64,000 nucleotides of DNA from assembly GCA_963668025.2 (NCBI GenBank), contig CAXXTH010000010.1, forward strand, positions 1,184,001 to 1,248,000. Direction: 5' to 3'. Both the position numbers and the translations under genes were made by a program. The notes under the pieces are model-generated. The model worked only from the letters and a program-made list of their open reading frames with translations, had not been told where the DNA came from and made no database searches. The DNA comes from Candidatus Hydrogenedentota bacterium. Lineage in GTDB: Bacteria > Hydrogenedentota > Hydrogenedentia > Hydrogenedentales > SLHB01. Positions 1-10,224 of the stretch are shown in pieces; position 1 is the stretch's first letter; each line of letters starts with the position of its first letter.

Positions 1-122
1 GCTATTTCCCAAACGCAATCCCTATGTATGGCCATTTGATCGATTCGAATACTTGGACTTGCGGCGCGGAATAGGTACACTGATGCAAACGCTGGGAGTC
101 TGAAAAAAGGAGCTATTGGGGC

Positions 123-911
123 ATGATCCGTACGGGATTGGTTTCAGTCACATTTCGAAAAATTGGGGTTCAGGATGTTATCCGTCTCACGAAAGAGGCG
201 GGGCTCCGGCATATCGAATGGGGGGGAGACGTGCATGTTCCCCCTGGCAAAATAGACTTGGCTCGGGATGTAGGGAAACGTACGCTAGATGCGGGGCTAG
301 AGCTTGCGGCATATGGTTCTTATTTTCGGGTAGGCGCGGATTCCGAGAATGAAGCTTCTTTGGGCCAAACACTTGAAACGGCCCGTGCATTGGGCACGTC
401 CATAGTGCGTGTATGGGCGGGTTCGCGCGGTTCGAAAGGCGCTCCTGAATCATATTGGCGCAAGATGATCACCGATACGCAAGAGGCAGCCGACTTTGCC
501 CAGCGCGAGGGCATGAGCCTCGCCTTCGAATTCCACGGCAATACGCTAAATGATGCGACAAGCGCCACGCGCCGGCTCATGGAGCAAGTCGAGCGTGATA
601 ATGTGGCCACCTATTGGCAGGAAGACAATCGCGTTGATTATGATACCTGCTTAAAGGGCCTCAAACGCATTCGCAAGTGGCTTTCGAATATTCATGTATT
701 CCATTGGCATGAAGGCAAGCGGCGGCCCCTGGATGAAGCGGAATCTAAATGGGAAATGTATTTGGATATGGCGGCTTCCTCGGAACAGGACCATATCGCG
801 TTGATCGAGTTCGTGCAGGAAGATTCGCCTCTGTTGTTCGTGAATGACGCAGCGACGCTCAAACGGATTGTGAAGCGTGTCAATAAGCGCCTCAAAGAGG
901 GGGAAGAATAG
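123..911 (+). CDS. Sugar phosphate isomerase/epimerase (xylose isomerase-like TIM barrel)
   Basis: 262-aa ORF with an AAGGAG RBS; motifs GLVSVTFR, IEWGGDVH, VRVWAG, FEFHGNTL, NIHVFHW. Confidence 0.85.
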   Translation: MIRTGLVSVTFRKIGVQDVIRLTKEAGLRHIEWGGDVHVPPGKIDLARDVGKRTLDAGLELAAYGSYFRVGADSENEASLGQTLETARALGTSIVRVWAGSRGSKGAPESYWRKMITDTQEAADFAQREGMSLAFEFHGNTLNDATSATRRLMEQVERDNVATYWQEDNRVDYDTCLKGLKRIRKWLSNIHVFHWHEGKRRPLDEAESKWEMYLDMAASSEQDHIALIEFVQEDSPLLFVNDAATLKRIVKRVNKRLKEGEE

Positions 912-914
912 CTT

Positions 915-1970
915 CTACGCGGGCCGTTCCCATAACCCGGCGATGCGCGCGCCGCATTTGGAACAAGCGGAGCCTTGCATGTGGTTGTCGATGATATGGT
1001 ATCCGCGCCGTTGGATGAGAAGAGCGCCACAAGCGGGGCATGAGGTATTTTCGCGGTTCACCAAAACGCCCGGCAGGTTGCCTGCATATATATAATGAAG
1101 GCCCGCGTCTTTACCCGCTTTACATGCCCGTTCGAGGTCTTCTGCGGAAGTGCGGCGGCGTTCCGTCATATTATAGTCAGGGTGGAAGGCCGTCACATGC
1201 CAAGGGATATCGCGGGATACGCTGGCGAGAAATGCGGCGATATGGTGCAATTCCGCTTCGCTATCGTTGAATCCAGGAATGACCAGCGTGACCACTTCGA
1301 CCCAGAATCCCATGTCGTGCAGCAGTGTAATGGAGTCGAGCACATGCTGAAGCGGGCATCCCAGCTCGCGGTAATTCGCCTCATTGAATGTCTTTAGGTC
1401 TACTTTATACATGCTTACATACGGGCGGATGAATGCAAGCGCTTCTGGGGTCGCATTACCGTTGCTCACATAACCGCATAAAATCCCGCGCGCCTGGGCC
1501 CGTTTGAAGATCTCAACCGCCCATTCAGCGGTGATGAGCGGTTCGTTATACGTGCTGACAATGACTGGGGCGTCATGAGCCACGGAGGCGTCCACGATGG
1601 CTTCAGCGGAGATAGAGTGGGGGCAGGAAACGGCATTCTGGTCTTTTAATGCTTGGCTCGAAATCCAATTCTGGCAGAAACTGCAATGCAGATTACATCC
1701 AAGCATGCCAAACGACATGGCCAGTTCGCCGGGCAATACATGATAAAACGGCTTTTTCTCGATGGGATCCGGCGAAAGCCCCGCCACATAACCGCCAGGC
1801 ACGCAGAGTTCGCCCTTACGATTGGCCCGCATGCGACATATGCCGGTTTCTCCTTCACGAATCAGGCAGCGATTTCCACATGCGAGGCAGCGTAACGCAT
1901 CGCCCTCGTTCTGCACGAGCTCTTTCGCCGCCGGCATGAAGTATTGTTCCAATGCTTGCTGCAAATCCAT
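915..1970 (-). CDS. amrS: AmmeMemoRadiSam system radical SAM enzyme
   Basis: N-terminal CxxCxxxC...GxC, DPIEKKPFYH, radical SAM motif GCNLHCSFCQN, TYNEP, and C-terminal CPxCG. Start may be 1970 (ATG) or 1994. Confidence 0.88.
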   Translation of the reverse strand: MDLQQALEQYFMPAAKELVQNEGDALRCLACGNRCLIREGETGICRMRANRKGELCVPGGYVAGLSPDPIEKKPFYHVLPGELAMSFGMLGCNLHCSFCQNWISSQALKDQNAVSCPHSISAEAIVDASVAHDAPVIVSTYNEPLITAEWAVEIFKRAQARGILCGYVSNGNATPEALAFIRPYVSMYKVDLKTFNEANYRELGCPLQHVLDSITLLHDMGFWVEVVTLVIPGFNDSEAELHHIAAFLASVSRDIPWHVTAFHPDYNMTERRRTSAEDLERACKAGKDAGLHYIYAGNLPGVLVNRENTSCPACGALLIQRRGYHIIDNHMQGSACSKCGARIAGLWERPA

Positions 1971-2057
1971 CTTAACCGCCTCCTGCGCAATCACTTAACT
2001 GCGCTAAAATGCTTGGTCCTGGACAGTTGCTGCGCATATTCTCTTGCTATAGCGGCG

Positions 2058-2363
2058 TTATTCGGGCAGTTCGATTAAGATATCTTCCCCTTCAATTATT
2101 ACATGATAACGCGGCAGGCCGTCATCGCGTTCCGCATCCTGTTTTCGCAAGGGGAATGTCCAGCCATGCCATGGACAGGTGATTTCACCTTGATCGAGCC
2201 ACCCTTCCGATAAGGGCCCGCCTGCGTGGGGGCACATGTCACCCACGGCGAAAAACTCACCGGTTTCATGAAACAAGGCGATTTTTTCGCCTTCCGCCGT
2301 TACGCTAATCCCTTCCCCATCCGGCACATCTTTTTTCTCCGCCACTTTGATGAGCCGTCCCAT
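2058..2363 (-). CDS. Rieske [2Fe-2S] ferredoxin
   Basis: Rieske motifs CPHAGGPL and CPWHGW; GGAGG RBS before the ATG at 2363. Confidence 0.9.
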   Translation of the reverse strand: MGRLIKVAEKKDVPDGEGISVTAEGEKIALFHETGEFFAVGDMCPHAGGPLSEGWLDQGEITCPWHGWTFPLRKQDAERDDGLPRYHVIIEGEDILIELPE

Positions 2364-2418
2364 TAGCTCCCTCCTGTTCGATGGATCCATATTGATACAT
2401 TTACCGCGTTTTTACCAG

Positions 2419-4350
2419 TTATTGTTGGCATGCATCCAGTTCACGCAACTCATCTTCGATGCTCTGCGTCACGGGAAAGCGGAAGCCGGTTTTCGGATCC
2501 AAGTCTAGTTCGAGCACTTTGAGCGCCACGGGGAGCTGTTCGCGTTTCCACTGGTTATAGGCGAATAGCTTGCCGAAGGTGCGGGTCCAGATGCGCAATT
2601 GTTCGGGAGTATAATCGGGATGGCGGCAGGCCAGCACCCGCCAGCAATCCGGCAGTGAAAACCGTTTCCGGGCGAACAGGTACAGCAAGTCATCCAGGAT
2701 TGCATAGGGCATGAGGTCGGTTTCATCCTGCTGGTTAGGAGCCAATTCCGCGCTGGGCGGAATCGCCAGGATTTTGGCCATGGATGCGAGGCCCATGCGG
2801 CTGGCCACATGTTCGAGCAGGCGGCTTACGAGCGTTTTGGGCACATTGGCGATGGGGGAATAGCCGCCTTGGTTGTCGCCGCCGGTGGTCGTGTAGCCCA
2901 CGGCCGCCTCGCTCAGGTTCGAGGTGACCAGCAAGAGTCCAGATGCGCTATTGGCCCAATTGAGCATCATATTGCCCCGCACGCGCGCTTGCAGATTTTG
3001 CTTCGCTAAAGGGGTTACTTTATCGAGGCCGCCCACCAATTGCGCCGCTTTCTCGAGCGCTATCGCGGACTCCTCCGCAATCGACACCACCTGGAACGGC
3101 ACGCCAAGCTCTTCGGCGAAAGAGCGGGCGGCGTCCTCCGTGGCGTTGCTGCTGAACGCTTTGTTGGGAAGATAGACCGCCGACACATGCTCCGCATACC
3201 GCTCGGATTCCCGGCCTTCCTTATAGGCTTTAGCGGCTTCGACGGCCAGCAGGAGGCATAGTGCGCTGTCGCGCCCGCCGCTCAAGGCCACCAAGAAACG
3301 CTGGAACGCGCCCACTTTCTCGAAATAATCGCGCAGTCCGAGCACCAGCGCGCCGAATAATTCATCTAGGTAGGACTCTGCTTCCGTCTTGCCGGAGACG
3401 GATTTCCCATCCGGCCAGAACAAGCTTTTCGGGAATTGGGCGGCATAATCACGCACTTCGGCGCTCCCGAGTGAGTCTTTTTCTGATGTGATCACGCTCA
3501 CCGGCGCGGTAATCTCTTTGTGGGTGGCGTATTGCCGCCAAGTCGAGTTTTCTGCGCGCGCCCGCGAGATATCATCTAGGTTGGCGATGCCCGTGGTAAG
3601 GGTCCAATAGGATTTGGATAGGATCGCCCCTTCGGCCACAATGCCGTTTGGAGATGCGACAAAGCCGCCTCCATCAAATACGAGCCGGCTGTTGTCGAGC
3701 CCCAGAATATTCGCATATGCGTAGACGCAAGCCAGCGACTGGGAAGCATTCAGAACCAGCCGCCGCCGCTGTTCGTTTTTACGCGGCGTGAAGGGCGAGG
3801 CGCTGAGATTGCACATGATTTCCGCACCCGCCAAGACGCGGGCCAGTGCGGGGGGATGGGTGGACCAAAGGTCTTCGCAGATCTCGGCGCTTACTACGCC
3901 GTACGGCAGCCGGAACACCAAATCTCCGGCAGGCACGCCATTCACCACCGTATGCCCTTCGCGCCAAGCGGTCCAATTCCGGCCTTCATAAAAGATGCTG
4001 TACGTGGGCAAATGTTTTTTAAGGATGATGCCGAGCACTTCGCCATCATGAACGAGCGCCGCGCCGTTGTACATCATCGAATCGTAATGAATAGGCAAGC
4101 CCACAAACGCCGAGATGCCCTTGCAGGATTCGGCAAGCCCCATTAGGGCGTCCCAGCTCCGGCGTGCGATATCGGGCCACCACACACGGTCTTCGAGGCT
4201 GTATCCTGATAGACCCAGCTCCGGCGTCACAATCAGGTGGCAGCCACGCCTGCCCGCCTCCGAGATCACTTCACGCAAGCGTTCAGCATTCCCCGAAAAA
4301 TCACCTACCTTGACTGATACGCCCGCAACACCAATTCGCACCAAACGCAT
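2419..4350 (-). CDS. nadE: Glutamine-dependent NAD+ synthetase
   Basis: Nitrilase-like domain (TPEL, KKHLPTY, EICED) plus synthetase domain (SGGRDS, QNLQARVRG, PPSAEL). Confidence 0.93.
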   Translation of the reverse strand: MRLVRIGVAGVSVKVGDFSGNAERLREVISEAGRRGCHLIVTPELGLSGYSLEDRVWWPDIARRSWDALMGLAESCKGISAFVGLPIHYDSMMYNGAALVHDGEVLGIILKKHLPTYSIFYEGRNWTAWREGHTVVNGVPAGDLVFRLPYGVVSAEICEDLWSTHPPALARVLAGAEIMCNLSASPFTPRKNEQRRRLVLNASQSLACVYAYANILGLDNSRLVFDGGGFVASPNGIVAEGAILSKSYWTLTTGIANLDDISRARAENSTWRQYATHKEITAPVSVITSEKDSLGSAEVRDYAAQFPKSLFWPDGKSVSGKTEAESYLDELFGALVLGLRDYFEKVGAFQRFLVALSGGRDSALCLLLAVEAAKAYKEGRESERYAEHVSAVYLPNKAFSSNATEDAARSFAEELGVPFQVVSIAEESAIALEKAAQLVGGLDKVTPLAKQNLQARVRGNMMLNWANSASGLLLVTSNLSEAAVGYTTTGGDNQGGYSPIANVPKTLVSRLLEHVASRMGLASMAKILAIPPSAELAPNQQDETDLMPYAILDDLLYLFARKRFSLPDCWRVLACRHPDYTPEQLRIWTRTFGKLFAYNQWKREQLPVALKVLELDLDPKTGFRFPVTQSIEDELRELDACQQ

Positions 4351-4512
4351 ACTTGCGCCTCCTTACGCTTTCCACCATACTGCCGCTTTTTGGACTAGCA
4401 TATGATCCTACGCCGTACGGGCATGCGGGCGCAATGCATTGTGAAATATAGTTCTGCGGGTATGTACAAATCCGGCGTCCAAAATAGCTCAGCATTTATT
4501 CTTCTCTTGATG

Positions 4513-4528
4513 CGTGATCGTTCACGTA
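4513..4528. promoter_or_regulatory. Operator-like near-palindrome CGTGATCGTTCACGTA upstream of GH51
   Basis: The same 16-mer occurs at 20686-20701; central CG and dyad symmetry as in LacI-family operators. Confidence 0.55.
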
Positions 4529-4641
4529 TTATATTTTTTGAGGTTTTTGATAAAACTACATGCTTGCATTGGACTCATGATTCCATCTCAACAGGCATGG
4601 GAGATCTAGTTGGCAGCACCCATTTACAGAAGGAGGCTCTT

Positions 4642-6189
4642 GTGAAAATGATGCATACTCTGGCCGGTGTTATGGTGTCTACTTGTGCAATATCAAGTGC
4701 CGTAGGCGCGGAAGAAACGATACATGCGGAAGTCACGATTGATACATCCGTGCCTTCCGTTGCATATGAGCGCATGCTTTTCGGTGGATTCCTGGAGCAT
4801 TTCCATCGCCAGATTTATGGTGGCATTTTCGAGCCGGGTTCCCCATTATCAGATGAACATGGATACCGCAAGGATGTGCTTGAAGCTGTCCGCGAATTAC
4901 GCACGCAGATCGTACGGTGGCCGGGAGGTTGTTTTGTTAGCGCTTATCACTGGAAAGACGGGGTGGGCAAGGAACGCAAACCCGCATTCGATAAGGCGTG
5001 GGGGGTCGAAGATCCGAATACATTTGGCACCGATGAGTTTATTGAGTGGTGCCGTTTGGCGGGAGTCGAGCCGTATATCTGTGGCAACGCGGGTACGGGC
5101 ACTCCCGAAGAAATGAGCGAGTGGGTGGAATAATGCAATCAGGATAAAGGCGCTTGGGCGTGATTGCGGGCCGCAAACGGCCATCCTGAACCATATCATG
5201 TCCGCTTCTGGTCCGTAGGTAATGAGAATTACACCAGTTGGGAGATGGGAGCACAAACCATTCAAGAATGGGGTCCATTTGTCGCCGAAACGGTCAAGAT
5301 GATTGGCCGCGCGGATCGAGACGCCATCCTTTTGGCTGCCGCCTTGACGGATGAAGAATGGACTTCCAGCCTGCTTAAGCATGCGGGAAACGGACTGAAT
5401 ATGGTTTCGATTCATGGCTATTGGGATGCACTCCACGCTGAAGACCATCCCAGCGCTTATGCCGATTGTATGATGCGCACGAATGAACCCGAAGCCAGTA
5501 TTTTGGCGACGGAAAGCATCATCGAAAAAGCGGGATTCAAAGGCCGAATGGGCATTGCATTCGATGAATGGAATCTTCGCGGCTGGCATCATCCCCGGCA
5601 AGACAGCGGATTCACGGATGAGGAGATTAAGGCCCGCGACCGTAATGACATAAATGCTTCTTACACTATGGCCGATGCCATATTTTCCGCATGCTTTTTG
5701 AATGCGTGCATGCGTCATGCCGATACGGTGAAGATGGCCAATATCGCTCCTCTCGTGAACACACGCGGGCCTTTGTACGTTCACCCAAAAGGCATCGTCA
5801 AACGCACCACTTTCCATACATTGGCCATGTACGCCAATCTGCTTGGCCCGCAGGTAGGCAAAGCCATTGTGACCAGTGAGCCATTTAATTCCGGTGAACG
5901 CTCGGTAGCTGCCGTAGACGCTATTGCCACGTGTGATATATCTCAGAAGAACTGGCGAATCGTACTCGTGAACTGCCACCCTTCCGCTGCCGTGAGTTGC
6001 ACGTTTACCTTGAGCGGCAAACCTGTAAACGGCAAGTTGCACGCTACGGTTCTAGCGGGTGATTCGACCGACGCATATAATGATGTCGGCCATCCGGATC
6101 GAGTCACCCCGCAAGAGCTCGAACTGGAGTTTGTGGATGGCGTCTGCAAGCTCTCCCCCCATTCAATCACTGTAGTCAACATCAATTGA
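4642..6189 (+). pseudogene. Alpha-L-arabinofuranosidase (GH51) interrupted by two in-frame stop codons
   Basis: One reading frame carries GGFLEH, RWPGGCF, FGTDEF, then WVE*CNQDKGAWA*LRAANG (TAA 5131-5133, TGA 5161-5163), then VGNE, AFDEWN and KMANIAPLVN; signal-peptide-like N-terminus. Confidence 0.8.
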
Positions 6190-6226
6190 TCGAAACGGCA
6201 GTGGAAAGAGCCAATCGGTAAGCAAT

Positions 6227-6272
6227 AAAAAAACGGGGAAGCACGTCATTTTCGGACTGCTTCCCCGTTTTT
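6227..6272. terminator. Intrinsic terminator (possibly bidirectional)
   Basis: AAAACGGGGAAGCA...TGCTTCCCCGTTTTT hairpin after the GH51 stop. Confidence 0.75.
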
Positions 6273-6374
6273 ATATGCCCGGCAGCCTTACCCTAATATG
6301 TGTTTTTGCGCCTTGAGTTCCAAATCTGTTAGCATATAGAGTCATGTCTTTTGTCAAGATGAGGTTTTATTAGG

Positions 6375-6614
6375 ATGCAACAACATAAGCAACACCGCAA
6401 TGTGGCCCTCATCGAAGTCGCGGATGAAATGGTGCTGACGGAGATCGAAAATGATTCCTTCTTGCAGCCATTTCTGGGCGAACGCGTATCGCCCCACTGC
6501 GTAATTGTTCAGGCGCAAGCTATCCCGGATATCGTCCGCCGTCTTCAAGCGCTGGGACACATGCCCCAGATCGAGGACGCGGGAAAAGCATGCCAACTCC
6601 CTGAGGAATTATGA
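6375..6614 (+). CDS. Small hypothetical protein resembling a module of helicase-associated domain proteins
   Basis: 79 aa, GAGG RBS, ATGA overlap with the next gene; pattern resembles the module near the C-terminus of the downstream protein. Confidence 0.6.
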   Translation: MQQHKQHRNVALIEVADEMVLTEIENDSFLQPFLGERVSPHCVIVQAQAIPDIVRRLQALGHMPQIEDAGKACQLPEEL

Positions 6615-9154
6615 CCGAGCGTTTTAGCGTAAAAGAATGCCTGCAAGGCTACACCAATGAAGTATTGGACGCCATGTGTGGATATTGGCGTTTGGATGCC
6701 GGGAATAAGCCTGGCCGCATCCGTGCGCTTGAACGTGTTTTATGCGATGAACTGCATGTCAGGCAGAGCGTAGAGCGCTTGAGCGTGCCTGCTTTGCGGC
6801 TCTTGGCGTTGCTTGCTGAACGCCCCTCCGCTTCAGCGGTCGATGCATTGGGTGTCACTGGCCTCTACGGAGATCGGGAGCCTCCCTCCGCCATACAGGA
6901 AATAGTACGCGCTGGGCTCGCCTTAGTTTCGCCGCTCAGCGGATCAGGCGCGTTCTCGATGATACAATTGGGGCATGACGCGCCGCCAGGCCAGACTGGG
7001 CCTGTGCTTTTTGTTCCACGTTTGGTTGCAGGCTTGCTACCGCCACCTCCTTCGCTCCACACGGGCATCGAGCCCGTGGAAGAAGACGCCCAGGCGGGCC
7101 CGAATCCTCTTTCGGAAGAAGCTACGTCCGCTTTTCTGGAGACTCTTCGCATTGTAGAACTCCATTCCCCTCGCGTCACTTCAGCGGACATATTGCACAA
7201 AAGCGATTTGATGAAGGCGCGCACCGCCGCACGGGAAGCCGGTGTCTCCGCGGACACCATGGATTTATCCCTCATGATCGCCAGGAAACTGAATTGCGTC
7301 GAGAACCGGGGCGGGCGCTTAGTTACGACGGCCCGTGCTGGCCGTTGGGCTGAAGAGCCGCTTCCCGAGCGCATGCGCGATTTATTCACTGCCTTTCTTG
7401 CTTCAGAGGAACTGGCCGACCTGCATATGTTCTTCGCACAGGAGTTCGATGCCATTGCCGAGCATCTGCTGCCTGGCACGCTTCGGAGAACGTATCACCG
7501 GCGTCTTGCCGCCGCATTACTGCGTGAATTGCATGCAGGCGCGTGGTATTCAGTAGAGCAATTTATTGACGCCATTCGGCGCACGGACCGCAATGTGCTG
7601 TTCCTTTGTGAACAATGGCGCGCAATCCAGGCCAATGTGCGAGGCGACGCCATGGCATGGCGGGAACGCGCCTGGGCGGCAGGAGAACAGCGCTATTTTA
7701 CGTGGATGATCGCCAAAGTTTGCCAGAATTTGGGCGTTTTGGAGCTCGACGCCAGCGGAGCCCTTTTCCGAATCACCTCCATGGGCAGCTATATGCTGGG
7801 CAAGGAAAACAGCGAGGCGAGCAGAGAAACACCCCAAGGTGAATCGATTCATGCCCCAAGCAATAGCCGGGGCCTTACCATACAATCAGACCTCGAAGTG
7901 ATCGCCTATTTGGATAGATGCCCGCCCGATCTGAGGCGAAAGCTCGATATTTTTTGTGAACGCGTACGTGGCGGGGTCGTCTCGACATATCGCCTTACCC
8001 AATCCAGCGTCTACCACGGCGTTTGCTCAGGCACGCCGCTTGATGAGTTTTTCCGGCTTATCGAGGCCAATGCCCAATTTGATATTCCGCACAATGTCCT
8101 CGACCAGTTCCGAAACTGGCAGCGCAAATTGTCTTCCATAACTATCCGCACCCACTGCGATATATTGGAATGCGCCTCCGACGCCTTGGCGGCGCAATGC
8201 GAGATTACGACGCCAGGAACACGCCGCATTGGAGAAAGGTTCCTGCTGATTGGCGCGGCGAAGGCTGAAGCGGATATCAAGATCGACTATAGCCAGCCAT
8301 TGCCGTCCTGCCTCGTGCAGGAATCTGGGCTCGAGTTGCGCGCGCCATGGAGTGAAGCCCATCTATTTCTTTCCCGGCAATTAATGGAGCTGGGGGAGGT
8401 GCGGCGCGAAACCAACGGAGATATTATCCTGAAGCTCGCGCCAACGGCTATATCAAAAGACGCGGACTGGGGGCTCCTGGCCGCGCAATTGGATAGCCTG
8501 GTCAAGAAGCCGCTTGCGGCGCGATACCGGGCTGCGTTGCGCGGATGGTCCGGCGAAGGCGCGACTGGCAGGACTCGCACCGCCACGCTTGTCCGCTTTT
8601 CCGATCCCGAAACTTGCCAGGCGGCTCTGGAATTGGCCAGTGATCTGGCGCTGGTCGAGGGGCGGCTGGGATTTTTTACCCTAGTGGTCAAGCAAGGCCG
8701 TCTCAGCCAATTTAAACGTAAACTCCGGGAGCATGGCATTCCCGTGTTGGCTTCAAATGGGGAAGGGAAGTGGGATGATGGCGCGCCGGAAGGCTGGATT
8801 AACCGGTTAGCCATTGAACCGCTCCAGCCTGCGGAAGATGAACCCCGACCCTCTCGTGAAGCGCGCGGCAGTGTTGAACCGGCGGAAGAACCAACGGAAC
8901 TGCTGCCGTATTATTCGCCCCGGATTGTGCGGGAAATCTTGGATGACGCCATCTTGCGCCGCAGGCCGGTTCTTATTGCATACCAGTCCGCCTGGAGCAG
9001 TAAAACTTCATACCGCCGAATAAATCCAGTCCACGTAGATACCATAGGGCCCACGCCCACGCTCAGCGGATACTGCCATAATCATCAGGGTTCGCGTACG
9101 TTCAAACTTAGCCAGGTCAAAGGCATTCGCGTACTGGAAGACGAGACATTTTAA
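6611..9154 (+). CDS. Helicase-associated (Helicase_C_3/XPB-binding-like) domain protein with C-terminal WYL domain
   Basis: LTIQSDLEVIA...YRLTQSSV...IPHNV helicase-associated signature; C-terminal RPVLIAY...RRINP...GYCH...RTFKLSQV WYL signature; no Walker motifs seen. Confidence 0.75.
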   Translation: MTERFSVKECLQGYTNEVLDAMCGYWRLDAGNKPGRIRALERVLCDELHVRQSVERLSVPALRLLALLAERPSASAVDALGVTGLYGDREPPSAIQEIVRAGLALVSPLSGSGAFSMIQLGHDAPPGQTGPVLFVPRLVAGLLPPPPSLHTGIEPVEEDAQAGPNPLSEEATSAFLETLRIVELHSPRVTSADILHKSDLMKARTAAREAGVSADTMDLSLMIARKLNCVENRGGRLVTTARAGRWAEEPLPERMRDLFTAFLASEELADLHMFFAQEFDAIAEHLLPGTLRRTYHRRLAAALLRELHAGAWYSVEQFIDAIRRTDRNVLFLCEQWRAIQANVRGDAMAWRERAWAAGEQRYFTWMIAKVCQNLGVLELDASGALFRITSMGSYMLGKENSEASRETPQGESIHAPSNSRGLTIQSDLEVIAYLDRCPPDLRRKLDIFCERVRGGVVSTYRLTQSSVYHGVCSGTPLDEFFRLIEANAQFDIPHNVLDQFRNWQRKLSSITIRTHCDILECASDALAAQCEITTPGTRRIGERFLLIGAAKAEADIKIDYSQPLPSCLVQESGLELRAPWSEAHLFLSRQLMELGEVRRETNGDIILKLAPTAISKDADWGLLAAQLDSLVKKPLAARYRAALRGWSGEGATGRTRTATLVRFSDPETCQAALELASDLALVEGRLGFFTLVVKQGRLSQFKRKLREHGIPVLASNGEGKWDDGAPEGWINRLAIEPLQPAEDEPRPSREARGSVEPAEEPTELLPYYSPRIVREILDDAILRRRPVLIAYQSAWSSKTSYRRINPVHVDTIGPTPTLSGYCHNHQGSRTFKLSQVKGIRVLEDETF

Positions 9155-9181
9155 TGAGCGGCCTGATCCACTAAATGATTA

Positions 9182-9219
9182 TGCCCGGAGAGCCGAATGG
9201 GCGTCTCCGGGCATTTTTT
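9182..9219 (+). terminator. Intrinsic terminator
   Basis: TGCCCGGAGA...TCTCCGGGCA followed by TTTTTT, between convergent genes. Confidence 0.75.
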
Positions 9220-9247
9220 CTCGCCTGGCGGGGTCGAGGAAAGCTCG

Positions 9248-10162
9248 TTAAGCAGTCGCGGCGGGCCAGCAAAAAATGCTGGACTGGAAATCCTTTGAAG
9301 TGATTGAGATGCGCCCGCTCGCAGCCAATTCAGAGCCGCAATGTCCGCAATATTGGTATCCACTTGCTCTGTCCGGCGTCTCTTGGCCGCATGAGGGGCA
9401 CGGGGAGCAATGAAGCACTTGTATGATGCTTTCGGCGTTTTGCCGCGTCCGCCGGGCAAGCGCTCCGCGGAACGGCACAATATTCGTCGAACTGGCTGGC
9501 TCTGCAGGGCGAACCTCTTGCACTCGGGCAGGTAAGAAATCGAAAACCGCATGAGCTGAATCGCATGCATTGCAGGATAAACGGCCGCTCTTCTCTGATT
9601 CATGGCGCTGTGTGGCGCTTGCCTCATGCGCATGCGTTGGGTGATGGTGTGCAGACTGGGCAAGAACCCTATCATGGGCCATATACTTCACTTCAAATGC
9701 CAGCTCCACTTCCAGCATGTCTTGCTGTTCGGGATAATACCGTTGAATGGCCGTATATAAATCACCCGGTTCGCATAATAACGGTTTGACGCGCAAACCG
9801 GTTATCTCCTCTAGCTCCTGGACGGTGGCCACATCCAGGGGGCACACCATGGCTACTGTCAACAGGCTTCCCAACCGATCTAGCGGAAACACTTCACGTG
9901 ATTCCGCAAACTCGCGGGGAATAAGCTCTACGAGCGCATGGTCCACCGGATATGCGCCGATACTGATGCTGGCTACTCCAGGCTGCTTGGCCATGAACTC
10001 GCAAAATTTAGAAGGTTTTAGATATCCAAACTGCATCAGCAACGCGGCAAGACGCCCCCCTTGTTCCCGTTGGGCGTTGAGGGCTTTTTCGAGCTGCACC
10101 TGGGTGATCATGAACGATTCGACCAGGAGCTGTCCTAAGAATTTTTTATGCAATGTTTTCAT
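9248..10162 (-). CDS. Standalone MshEN/T2SSE_N (GspE/PilB N-terminal) domain protein with C-terminal zinc ribbon
   Basis: FLGQLLVESFMITQVQLEKALNAQ-GGRLAALL, LIPREFAE...LTVAMVCPLD; C-terminal CPSC...YCGHCG; no ATPase domain. Confidence 0.75.
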   Translation of the reverse strand: MKTLHKKFLGQLLVESFMITQVQLEKALNAQREQGGRLAALLMQFGYLKPSKFCEFMAKQPGVASISIGAYPVDHALVELIPREFAESREVFPLDRLGSLLTVAMVCPLDVATVQELEEITGLRVKPLLCEPGDLYTAIQRYYPEQQDMLEVELAFEVKYMAHDRVLAQSAHHHPTHAHEASATQRHESEKSGRLSCNACDSAHAVFDFLPARVQEVRPAEPASSTNIVPFRGALARRTRQNAESIIQVLHCSPCPSCGQETPDRASGYQYCGHCGSELAASGRISITSKDFQSSIFCWPAATA

Positions 10163-10224
10163 CGTGGCACCTCTTGTGCGCAGTATATTTGTGGAGTAGT
10201 TCCCCTAATGCGCAACACAGAAAG

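Noticed and set aside
5131-5163. Selenocysteine or alternative genetic code in GH51
   Set aside because: One stop is TAA at a conserved Tyr position, TAA and TGA end many normal genes here, and I see no evident SECIS.
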